This document shows positions 1 through 10,355 of a stretch of 64,000 nucleotides of DNA, one piece after another. Position numbers and translations under genes: made by a program. The DNA lies in NCBI GenBank assembly GCA_977017575.1, contig CDRNVI010000042.1:62001-126000 (forward strand), in the 5' to 3' direction. The notes beneath the pieces are model-generated. The model ran no database searches and was not told the origin of the DNA. It was given only the letters and a program-made list of their open reading frames with translations. This stretch comes from Paramoeba atlantica (Eukaryota > Protista > Discosea). Each line of letters starts with the position of its first letter. Position 1 is the stretch's first letter.

Positions 1-81
1 CCAACCCCCAACCATTTCGCGGAGTTGGTGGACGGGATGCCCGTTCGTAAGTTTGAGGAGTTGTTGACTGGGTTTCTGTGA
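1..81 (+). CDS. 3' end of an upstream gene (partial, unidentified)
   Basis: Frame 1 is open from base 1 (PTPNHFAELVDGMPVRKFEELLTGFL) to TGA at 79-81, then AT-rich intergenic-like sequence. Same strand as the other host genes. Confidence 0.3.
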   Translation, partial: PTPNHFAELVDGMPVRKFEELLTGFL

Positions 82-461
82 TTGTTTTTATTATAATGGC
101 CAGGTACCTTGATAATTCGTCAGATAGATATAGTTTATTGGAAACTAAAAATAGTCGGGATGATTGGACTGAAACTTTCATTGAAGCGATATATTACTAG
201 GAAAATTGGTTTTAACATGGTTTACTTTCATTATGATGCAGGGGAGAGAAGACGTTGATTTCTTAGTTAGAACTACCCCCATACAATGGGGGGTAGCGCC
301 AATACGAAATACTTGTAGACATTTCCAGGTTAGCGTATTTATTTATCTATTTATTTATTTATTTACTTGTAAGTTCTGTTCTAGTTATTTTTGGAGGTAG
401 TTTCTCTCACGAGAGAAGGGGGGAAGGTGATTTTTCGCCCGTGGCTTCCTGTCATAGGATT

Positions 462-1169
462 TCACAGGAGAAATGCCTCCAAGAAGCGAATTCTATCTGA
501 CGGCGGTAAGTGTAGGATACCTTGTGGACCCTCTCCTTTCCCCTCCTTATAAGAAATCTGAATCTTTATCATTCCTTTCCGTGAGGATCTTTTTACGACT
601 TCGCCAACGGAGTGATACATCTCTTTATTCCTGCTAGATCCCCATCTCACCTCGCAAGTCGTACCTTTTCCCCATTCTCTAATAATTTGTTGGACTTGGT
701 CAGGGGCTTTTGCGAAACATGGGTTGCTCTTGTTTTCTTCACCGTCTGTCAACATAGAATCTGATTGTGTCGCTTTTTCGTCTTCGGACTTTGAGGCGTT
801 CGATTCATCATTTTCCGAAGTTTCTATATCGATATTTCCTCGTTCAATCCTGTTTCGCATCGTGTATCTCTTCAACTTGATGAGATTCGAATTCTTCGCT
901 TCCAGTTGATCATGAATTTCGTGGTCAGCCCAAATTGGAGAAATGTCTTTTCCTGTGCTTTGACTGATAGCCCCAATTCGTGGTGTCTTCTTGGGTTTCG
1001 GTGCGGTCTCACTTTTATTGTAGCTCGGCTCGCTGATTCTGGTGTTCGGAGAAGCGCTACAGCGTCCTTCGCTACAATCATCCTTCCGGGTAGCCTGCAG
1101 AAGATTTCCCGATGTCGCCCCGATGTCGTCCGTGAAGTGTTTTCCAAATCTCGCTTGACGAGCGAACAT
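462..1169 (-). CDS. Hypothetical protein, 235 aa (basic/acidic low-complexity N-half, beta-rich C-terminal domain)
   Basis: ATG-initiated open ORF. No family recognised. Antisense to the host gene cluster, so possibly element-derived. Confidence 0.45.
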   Translation of the reverse strand: MFARQARFGKHFTDDIGATSGNLLQATRKDDCSEGRCSASPNTRISEPSYNKSETAPKPKKTPRIGAISQSTGKDISPIWADHEIHDQLEAKNSNLIKLKRYTMRNRIERGNIDIETSENDESNASKSEDEKATQSDSMLTDGEENKSNPCFAKAPDQVQQIIREWGKGTTCEVRWGSSRNKEMYHSVGEVVKRSSRKGMIKIQISYKEGKGEGPQGILHLPPSDRIRFLEAFLL

Positions 1170-1337
1170 GTTTAAGTAATCTCAATAAATATTCAACAAC
1201 AAGGTACATAAACTGTATCTTTATCGTTAAAGATTACCTTACCGTGGATGTATAATGGATACTACCCTAGTTTCTTGACGTCTTGTTATGCTGACACCGG
1301 GTAGCTCCATACTCGGAGAATGCGGTGGGGAGAGCTA

Positions 1338-1376
1338 CGGGTGGCGCGGCGGGTGGCGCGGCGGGTGGCGCGGCGG
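1338..1376. repeat. 12-bp GC-rich tandem repeat (CGGGTGGCGCGG x3)
   Basis: Read directly from the sequence. Confidence 0.85.
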
Positions 1377-2745
1377 CAAAAACGATAGAATCTACCTCCA
1401 AAAGTAAAACTTCAACAAGGTAGCCCTCTAATGCTCCGGTAGATAGCGCAACTAAAAAACAAGTAAGCAGCTCAAGATCGAAAACTCAGGCGTGATAGCT
1501 CTCCAGACTACGAAGTGAGAACTTCCTCAATGGCCTTGTCAAAATTGGATGTTAATGCCTCAGTCGCGGTTTGGTTATACACGACACCAACCTAGTATAC
1601 ACCAACCCTAGTATACACGCATGTGATAAGTTCGCCTTACGTTTACACATTTTGCCAGCAATTGGGTGACACATTGTTTGCTCCCATGAGTTTGAGTCTC
1701 CTGAAAATGGCATCGTGCTTTTTGAATGTGCTTAATAGTTTCCCACTAACAACAAGGTACAGGTACATATGAAAACATACTACAGGTTCTTCAAGATATC
1801 AAAACCTTGAAAACTTGTGAAAGTAATCTGCGTATTCAATTTAGTTCAATACACATGAATATTTCAGCACGTAAACCATAATATTTTATTATATACCAAG
1901 GAAAATGTTTATATCCACGTTTAAAAACTTTTTAATTTTAAAAAGGGAGGCTATTGAAGTAGTTTCCCATTCGTTAGTACTGTGAGAAAATGAATTATAG
2001 TAGCGCTACTAAGTGACATATGTTGTTTTACTTTATACTTTATATATTGATGTACAAACATATTCGATGGATTTGACGAAGGGTAGGATTACATTAATGT
2101 ATTTTACACTTGATTTGAGTTTTTCAATCTTCACGAATACAATTCTATACGAATGCGCTGATTATAATCAATATCAGTAACGTGATTTGGCAGGCTAAAA
2201 CCTTTCAATACATTTATCTTGTAACTTCTGTTGATACGGCTTAATCGATTCACCTTTTCGCGGTAACGTCGCTTTTTTTCTTTCGGAGAGAAATACGTCG
2301 AATTTTGTTGATGAACAGATCGTCCACTGACTAAAATTTTTGGGAAGACTTTGGTGAAAATCTAAAAAAAAAATCGGTGAAACGGTTCTTAAGGATAAAA
2401 GTAATTAAGGCAGAACGGATTTAAAAATTAATTATTGCCTTAATTAAAGTGGCGCTGAAAAAAGCCCAAAACAGTTCTTATTTAAATATTGTCGTTTGTA
2501 GCATAAATATCACATTTCTGCTAAAAGTGCTCAAATTCTGATCATTTTTCATGTTTTTCGAACTTTTCTAGACGAGCTTCGCCTGTTTCGCCTACCTTTA
2601 CGGTCTTCAACCAGTTCAACGTGTGAGAGAAAAGCTAAAACGATCATTGAAAGGAGAAGTCTGAGACGGAATCATTAAATTATTTTTTCCCAATCTTTCC
2701 CCCAAAATGACAAAAAATTAATTATTGCCTTAATTAAAGCTGCCT

Positions 2746-2914
2746 TGAAAGTCTACGATAGTAATTCCTCGTAGTGGGTATAGTTAATTATTGGCCGAGA
2801 GGCACTAAATCTGTAAACTTTTCAAATAATTTATACTTGTAATAATAGGTCAAACTAGTTTTATTTAGAATCCTTTATTATCATTTGCTTTTGTAAGTGG
2901 GTAATTTTGTTCGC
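2746..2914 (+). repeat. Split direct repeat A1
   Basis: TGAAAGTCTACGATAG...GTAATTTTGTTCGC, matching 5971-6139. Confidence 0.95.
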
Positions 2915-5729
2915 CCTCCATGCCTCACCCGTCGATCCTTTAAATTTAGAACTTGTCCGTGAACTGATGAATCATGATACACGAACCAGATTTGATAATT
3001 TGTGGGAACATTTAATCCGGCCAAAAATTGATTTTAATCAGTCAAAAATGCAACCCGTGTCGAAGACAACGCTGTCCGTCCAAGATCTTTATAAACTTGT
3101 TGAATGTGGTATCATATCAAAAGTGGATGAGAAGAAAATGAAGGATAGCCCTACTCGAGGATCGATAGTACCGTTTACCACAGTAGAACAGCGTGAAGAC
3201 GGTTTTCGGCGGAGATTCATTTGTTGGCCATCTGACCACAATGCAGCCCTTCAGTATGATTATACGCCCAAAGTTCCAATTTCACAACCCGTGTCATATG
3301 TTGATGCCCTAAGGCACCAGCAAGCCTTAAAAAGGGATCTGAAGTGCAGCTTTTTTCAGGTTCAACTCCCACCAAACGCTCGTTCGTATTATCGTTTTGC
3401 ATACCAGGATCGGGTCTATGAGCTAAATCGAATGCCAATGGGCCACGTGTGTGCCCCAGAAATTCAGCAAACAATCACCTCCGTTTTAGCTGGAGACGTA
3501 GCGTATATGGAGACGTTGCAGTAACGACGCAACCAATATTCGTTTTGGGCCACAAGGGGATTTAGATATTTACATCGACGGATTACGTTTTAGTGGCACA
3601 GCAACGGCATGCAAAGAGTACGAAATGTGGCTGGAGGAACGTGCGAAACAGATTCAAGCCACTTTCAAGCCGGCCGAGTCGGTACGAGGCCCGAAATATT
3701 CCTTTGTCGGAGTCGAGTTTGACCACGATAAAGCGCAATATCGTCTCACTCCAAAGCTTATAAACAAATTGCCATATATTTTACCAACTGAACTTCCACT
3801 ACATTCATTGGAGTCATTGGCTCCACGGGCACTTCCGTGAGTTTTTGAGACACTTCGATGATTTCTCATCGAAGTGCCTACGTGTCACAGGGTGACTCAT
3901 CGAAACGTCAATCTTCTCATCGAAGGTGATTTTAATTACTTTGGAAAGAAAAAAATCGAGAACATGAAAATAAGAAAGCGGCGACACTGAGAATCTGTGT
4001 CTGCCACTTCCGCAGGTTTGTATATTTGTTTTCCTATACTACGACACCTAGTTTACCGTGTCTGGAGGCAAGGCCCAACTTTGAGCGAAGCCCACTTCTG
4101 GAGGCAAAAGCCCCCGTTTGCGAGCAAGGCCCAACTGTGAGCGTAGCCCTGGGACAGAATTATATTTTTTGGCGACCCGCGCGCCCCAGCGCGCGGGTCG
4201 CGCACTGAGAACCTATGTCTGCCACTTCCGCAGGATCGTGTATTTGTTTTCCTATACTGCGAGACCTAGTAGCGCGAGACCTAAGCGCCAGCACTATAAT
4301 TTCGGTGCATCAGCTCAAGACCTCAAGCGCAATATTGCTCTCCAATGCGTTGAATTCGGGAGCGTACACAATGATCCAGAGCGAGCTGCGTTCTGGAACA
4401 TTATGGAAAGGATCCTTTCTTCTATGAAGAGAGTGAAAGTGAGAACGAACCAGAAAACGTCGAGATGAACTTTGATAATTAGACTACTCATGTGAAAATT
4501 TTGTTTTATGATGAGAAAATATAGCGCGCAAATTTTTGTAATTGTTCTGCGAAGCAACGGTTTAGGTGTTATTATAAATCTAAATCTATAATTCTATTTT
4601 CTGTACATACTTCTTTTCATGGCCACTGTAAAGTGGCCATAGGTCAGGGGCATTGTATACAATGCAGGGGCCTAGCGACCCCCGCCTTCCGAGCTTTTCC
4701 GTCCACAGCAACGGTTTTTTGTACATATTTTTTTGTCTCGTATCTGAGTTTTCTGTGGTTTTCTTAGTGTCGTGCGAATCCTAGGATTTCTTTGTCCAGG
4801 TAATTTCTTAATTAACTCGCGCGCGCTTCCATTGTTTCATATGGTATCAAGCTCTTTAAATCAATGGAAAATCGTATTTCTAAGAAGAGTCACGGGCATT
4901 ATTTTGCTTTCACGTTTCTACAATTTATTTTCGCAACGTTTTCTTTAACTTTCATGACTGCACCAGCGTTTGCTCCCGAGTCGAAAATGCAGCTACCACC
5001 TCAAAAGTAATTAAAATCACCTTTGATGAGTTTCTTTCGTTTCGATGATTTTCGTTTTGACACGTGGGCGTTTCGATGAGTACTCACGGAAGTGTCCTCG
5101 TACCCGAGTCATTAAGTGCACGACTGATTTATGGATCCGGAGTTTTAAAGATCAACATGCCCCGTTACTATTGGGTGATCAAATTTGTTCGTAGGCAACT
5201 GTCAAAACTGAACAGAGGAATAATTACAGATGTGGAAAATGTTCATATCCCATTAAGCGTGTATAATGACCTTCAGCTCTGGGTCAATGAGGTACGAGCC
5301 AATCGCTGGTATAATTACGATACACGCACGGTCCTTAAGACTGCTGTGTTATATACTGATGCTTCGGAAGCAGGTTGGGGAGCAGTTTTATTTACTCCTA
5401 AAGGTGAAGTTCTTGGAACGGGAGCCGCGTGGACGAACCACATTGAAATCAATAGAGCTGAAGCAATAGCCGTCCATCATGCCTTTCAGGCCTTTATTAA
5501 GCAATGGGAAGGAATAGATAAAATTTAGCTAATGATCGATAACAGCAGCGTAGTCGCAGCTCTGCGGAAATCTTGGGCGGAATCCCCAGCTTTGGCACAA
5601 ATTTTATCAGAACTTTTGCCCCTTTTCTCCCGGCTGAAAATACAGGTGGAAACGTTTTACGTACCGACGCAGGATAATCTTGCGGATCCCTGGAGCCGAA
5701 ATCGATTTGGTACTTGGCGAGAGGGATAA
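2907..5729 (+). pseudogene. Reverse transcriptase-RNase H (DIRS/VIPER-type), disrupted
   Basis: RT motifs KRDLKCSFFQ, RMPMGHVCAP and YIDG (3571). RNase H motifs LYTDASEAGWGAV, EINRAE, MIDNSSVV and VPTQDNLADPWSR. Frameshift near 3505-3511, Merlin insertion at 3819-5105, in-frame TAG at 5526-5528. Confidence 0.9.
3819..5105 (+). mobile_element. Non-autonomous Merlin/IS1595-like DNA transposon (1287 bp) with 8-bp TSD
   Basis: TSD GAGTCATT at 3811-3818 and 5106-5113. GG...CC termini and about 110-125 bp imperfect TIRs (GGGCACTTCCGTGAGT / ACTCACGGAAGTGTCC). Internal remnant HYNFGASAQDLKRNIAL is shared with the ISXO2-type transposase at 44797-45420. Confidence 0.85.
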
Positions 5730-5747
5730 ATACTTGCGAGAGGGCGG

Positions 5748-5937
5748 GTGCCGGCGAACACCCACTCGTAAGTCAAACCATACAAGTATACTGCAAGTTA
5801 ATATCTAGTCAAATTGATGGATAGCGATCGATAACTGACATAGTTAACACTTCAATAGTTTAAACACAGAACATCCCCCTTTTTCAAACAACAACGTAGA
5901 AATCATACCACTTATACTCTAATTTTTGTATGATCAA
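5748..5937 (+). repeat. Split direct repeat B1
   Basis: GTGCCGGCGAACACCCAC...TTTTGTATGATCAA, matching 6163-6352. Confidence 0.95.
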
Positions 5938-5970
5938 TGGAGAGCTGAGAGCCCACCCGGAGAGGAATTA

Positions 5971-6139
5971 TGAAAGTCTACGATAGTAATTCCTCGTAGT
6001 GGGTATAGTTAATTATTGGCCGAGAGGCACTAAATCTGTAAACTTTTCAAATAATTTATACTTGTAATAATAGGTCAAACTAGTTTTATTTAGAATCCTT
6101 TATTATCATTTGCTTTTGTAAGTGGGTAATTTTGTTCGC
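5971..6139 (+). repeat. Split direct repeat A2
   Basis: Copy of 2746-2914. Confidence 0.95.
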
Positions 6140-6162
6140 GCCCACCCACCTCCCCACGCCAT

Positions 6163-6352
6163 GTGCCGGCGAACACCCACTCGTAAGTCAAACCATACAA
6201 GTATACTGCAAGTTAATATCTAGTCAAATTGATGGATAGCGATCGATAACTGACATAGTTAACACTTCAATAGTTTAAACACAGAACACCCCCCTTTTTC
6301 AAACAACAACGTAGAAATCATACCACTTATATTCTAATTTTTGTATTATCAA
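6163..6352 (+). repeat. Split direct repeat B2
   Basis: Copy of 5748-5937. Confidence 0.95.
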
Positions 6353-6675
6353 AGATCCTTCAAATGTGAGAAGTGGTTCTGTAAATTTTAAATTAGCACG
6401 GCATTTGCCTCATTATTTTATGAAGCAACAACAATTTTGTGAAATGGATATCAAACGAAGACACATCTTTGAGAGAAAAAAAATCGTTTTGTGAAAATGA
6501 GCAAAAGTGCGGAATTTAGTTCAGTTTCACCAAAAAGGGGTATAAAAAAAGCGAAGTCTTCTTTATTTTAACCGTAAATGATTTACAGTGGTAATCGTAA
6601 TCGTCATCTAAAATTAAGATATGCTTACTATGCAAAACACATGGTGTATCTTTTTTTTTTTTTAGGAGTCCCTAT

Positions 6676-7341
6676 ATGAAATATCATCAGCGCGGGTTTT
6701 CCCGATTTTTGGATTCAGTGAAAAACCACCCTGCGAAGGTTGTTACTCATAGCAATAATAGCGGATCGCAATGGAAGGAAAAATACAAACCTTCGCTGAA
6801 CTGGAAGACACACACGGCCGACAAACGGGGAAGTTTGGCCCAAGAAAGAAATACCCAACCGACTTACAAAACATTTGAACATTTCCACGATTTGTGTACC
6901 CTAGCACTCCACAAATATCTCCCTCCTGCGCAAAGTTCGTTTACCACCCCCGATCTAGTAATGATGATTCGGAGGTGTGATCATACATTTCACCCAAAAA
7001 ATTACGGAGTGGGTAATGTGCGGCAACTTGTAGACTCTTGCAAATTTCTTGCCAAAGCGCGTGGATTGTTGCACGTTGTGCGTGACCAAACGAGGCGACA
7101 TGCACCAATTACAACGGACAGTCACACATGGTCATATGTAGAAGACATTGCTCCATTATCCCGGCGACGACGAAATGACTCTATACGACGAGGTGAAAAT
7201 ATTATGTCCCGTCTGGCCAATCCTACGAGTATGAGAAGTGGAAAACAAGAACGACATGATCCAATTTCTTTTGGGGCTTCCCATGACCCTGTGCCGGAGC
7301 ATGACACTGTCAGAGGTAAGACATGGCTACGGGACTACTAA
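6676..7341 (+). CDS. Hypothetical protein with probable LOTUS/OST-HTH domain, 221 aa
   Basis: DLVMMIRRCDHTFHPKNYGVGNVRQLV resembles the LOTUS consensus lg..l.r..pdFdprnYGf.kL.dLl. Confidence 0.5.
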   Translation: MKYHQRGFSRFLDSVKNHPAKVVTHSNNSGSQWKEKYKPSLNWKTHTADKRGSLAQERNTQPTYKTFEHFHDLCTLALHKYLPPAQSSFTTPDLVMMIRRCDHTFHPKNYGVGNVRQLVDSCKFLAKARGLLHVVRDQTRRHAPITTDSHTWSYVEDIAPLSRRRRNDSIRRGENIMSRLANPTSMRSGKQERHDPISFGASHDPVPEHDTVRGKTWLRDY

Positions 7342-8825
7342 GAAAATTTAAACGCGATGACACTGCCAAAGCTCTTGCTCCACCTATTACTCATACTTCC
7401 GATTCATCCCTCTTTGGTTAGCCTTTGCTATCTACAGTACTTACAGAGGGGGGGCACGAAAACTGACTGTAGCTTTATATTTTAGCCTAATGAGGCCGTT
7501 CACATATACTTCATGAGATCAAAAGGGACATTTTCCCCCAAAAACTTTTGACTTCGTACTTCCCCTAATAAAATGTACCAAATAAGAAAATTTATGAGCT
7601 CTACCTTGGTTCCGGTTCTGAGTTTGGAAAATGATTTCAAGTCTATTCAGAAGTCCTTAATTCACATCGTACGGTACAGGCTTCTATCACCACGTCATCC
7701 AAGGTTCCCAACTACAAAATATGATACGGTCATTCATTTTACAGCCTGTGCAAAGAAAAATGATAGAGCGGAGTCGTGTAAGTAGCAAACATACGGGGGT
7801 GTGTTGGAAAACAATAGCGCATTCGAGAGCTCTCGAACAGGACCCATGAACGTAACATGGCCGAAATGGGCACAAGTGGGTATTGCCCCCCAGACAAAGA
7901 GCCCCCAAATGCTATTTGCAAATTTCTAAAATATCAAATAAAAATATTAATACTTGCTACAACCCCGTTCCACTCATTTTGGGACAAAATTAGACAAATA
8001 TATTTATGTGCAAGCGAGATAAAATAGCGCCATTGTGTCGTTCTGCATGAGGACGAGAACGAAAAACTATACGATGCCACCAATACTGTGGAAAACAGAG
8101 TGATGCGGAACCACGAAAATATTATTTTGAAAAAATGATGTAAAAATCGGACCAATTTCGTTGAAATTATAATAAAAAATAAGTGCAATTCAAAAGTCTT
8201 CATACTCAGGAAAGCAGTCTTAGAGGGGTGACTCCGGCCGGGCACTCCCAGGCGCTCCCAGACTTCTACGGAGATCCGACTTGGTGGAATGATTTTCGCA
8301 AAGAGGTCCGGAATCCTCGATGTCCCTTGGATGGAACATGCTGGGCTAACATGACAAAGAGTTAGAAAGGAGACCGGCGTTGGGATGTCGTCGATGATGG
8401 GGCGTGTCGACCCCAGCCTTCCGAAGTAAGGAATTCCAGCTAGTTGCAGGGATTTTGTCCTTCCTATTCCTGTTTAACCCCTATTCACGGAGTCGTGAAC
8501 CGCGTTCCGGGGTTGTAAGATGGCGTGGAAAGTCCAACGCCGGGAATATATTGCTAGCACCACTTTTTCCCGCGTGCTAACCTTATAACCTTGGTGGAGG
8601 TGGAACTGCGCTCCTACACGCTGTGGTCGAATCCCACCCCATCTCCGGAGGAACGGAGCCGTAAAAAACTTCGTTTCTCAAGCTAGGACCGTCCCAGACC
8701 AATAATCCGGGATAGTGGAGTTTTAGCGGGTGAGCTAGCAGAGCTCCTGATGAAGTCGGATACTACAGCGCTCTGCTCATTCGACAAAGAAGCCCACCGG
8801 TTGAACGGTCTTAACGTTAGGTGTA

Positions 8826-9905
8826 CTGCGGTGGTTGTTTAACTACCGCTGTACCCTCAATTATTGGAAAAGTTAACAAATTCCCCCCCCCCCTCACGTG
8901 GGGGTGACCCCCCCTGGTATCCGCCGGATGGGTCCGCCAAGTTCGGAATTTTCACGAAGAAGAAGTTGAAAAAAATTCTTTCAAACGCGGTGGTAGTTTT
9001 CAACGCGAAGCGCGCAGCATGAGTGACTTCTAAGTTGAAAACAACCACCGCGTTTAACGAAGAGCATAATATTCTTAATAATTTTTTCGTTTAATAATAA
9101 TTATTATTAAAAATTATTAAAATATATTAATACTTATTAATTAGGCTCTTCGTTAAATGCGGTGGTTGTTTTCAACTTAGAAGTCACTCATGCTGCGCGC
9201 TTCGCGTTGAAAACTATCACCGCGTTTAACGAAGAGCTTAAAAAAGAAAATTTAGCCCGGAAAGCTGAAGGAAACGGAAAGATTATAGCCAAAAATAGCC
9301 GATTTGAGGGTATTTTTGCGTATTTTTGCTCTCAGAGCACTAAATTTGATGCCTACGTGAGGGAAATTCTTTTCATCGCTGGGCGATGGGGTTTAGGGAG
9401 CGAAAAAAAACAAAAAAAATTATTTTTTGGTCACCCCAAAAATTTCGGAAATTTTGACCTTGTTGTACCCCTCCTGCGCGTACCAGGGGGGGTGGGTGGA
9501 AAATTATCGCCACGGCATACTCCAACACTTCCCTGCGCTCGATTTTGAAAAGCAAAAAATTCGAAAAAAAAATAATTCGCGACGTCTGCCCCCCCCTGGA
9601 CCCCCCCTGGACCCCCCCCTGGACCCCCCCTGGAGACCCCCCCCTGGACCCTGCCCCCTGGACCCCCCCTGTACCCCCCCCTGGACCGCCCTCCTCCTGG
9701 ACCCGCCCCCCCTGGACCCGCCCCATGGACCCCCCCTAGGCCCTCCATTTTTTTCAATTCTTTTTTTCAGTTTTCGAACACGGGAGCCCCCTTTTATATT
9801 TTTTTCTTCTATTACATTACTGTGTTTCTCTTTATATTTTCACTGTTTTTGCTCACTTTTTTTTCAATAATCGAGGGTAGAGCGGTAGTTATACAACCAC
9901 CGCAA
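8826..9905. mobile_element. R1 family element, complete copy (about 1080 bp, about 45-bp TIRs, TA at left flank)
   Basis: Left CTGCGGTGGTTGTTTAACTACCGCTGTACCCTCAATTATT. Right AATAATCGAGGGTAGAGCGGTAGTTATACAACCACCGCAA. Internal palindromes and (CCCCCCCTGGA)n. No coding capacity recognised. Confidence 0.75.
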
Positions 9906-10068
9906 TTAACGTGTATTACATGCCGAAACCCTCGTTTAAGCCCTGCAGAATAACACTTCCAGTAACATGATTTCTGTATCTTCAGATTGAAGAAAAAAAT
10001 ATTAAGAAACTAAAGAAGAAAATTTTAACTAAAGATATCCTAGGCGCTCCCACCCAGAGCCACCCCTC

Positions 10069-10355
10069 TTAGTACGGCACTTTTCTTCCTTCGAGAGCAA
10101 TACACTTCTCCAACTTACATTTGAAAGATAAATGCACGTCACGTGCAAATGTCTTAGCATCTTCTGAAACAAGAAACGTTTCTGAAAGTCGCTTGATTTC
10201 GCGAACATTTCGAGGATCATGCTTGCTCAACTCGCACCTGATATGTGACCATAAATTCTCTATTGGATTGAGATCAGGCGAATCTGTCGGCCACCATGGC
10301 AGACGAATACCACTCTGGACGTGGCTTACATGTCGAAGGCTTTGAGAAGCCACGC
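10069..10355 (-). pseudogene. C-terminal fragment of a second Tc1-like transposase
   Basis: WWPTDSPDLNPIENLWSHIRCEL...KCIALEGRKVPY* is a typical Tc1 C-terminus. Confidence 0.75.

Larger units (their letters stand above)
2746..6352 (+). mobile_element. Tyrosine-recombinase-class retrotransposon derivative (VIPER/TATE/Ngaro-like) with split direct repeats A1-RT/RH-B1-A2-B2; no gag or YR present
   Basis: A1 2746-2914 = A2 5971-6139 (169 bp). B1 5748-5937 = B2 6163-6352 (190 bp, about 3 mismatches). DIRS-type RT and RNase H motifs lie between A1 and B1. Confidence 0.85.

Noticed and set aside
3492-3516. GGAGACGT repeated 17 bp apart as a possible excision footprint
   Set aside because: Removing 17 bp does not restore the frame leading into YIDG, so it does not explain the frameshift.
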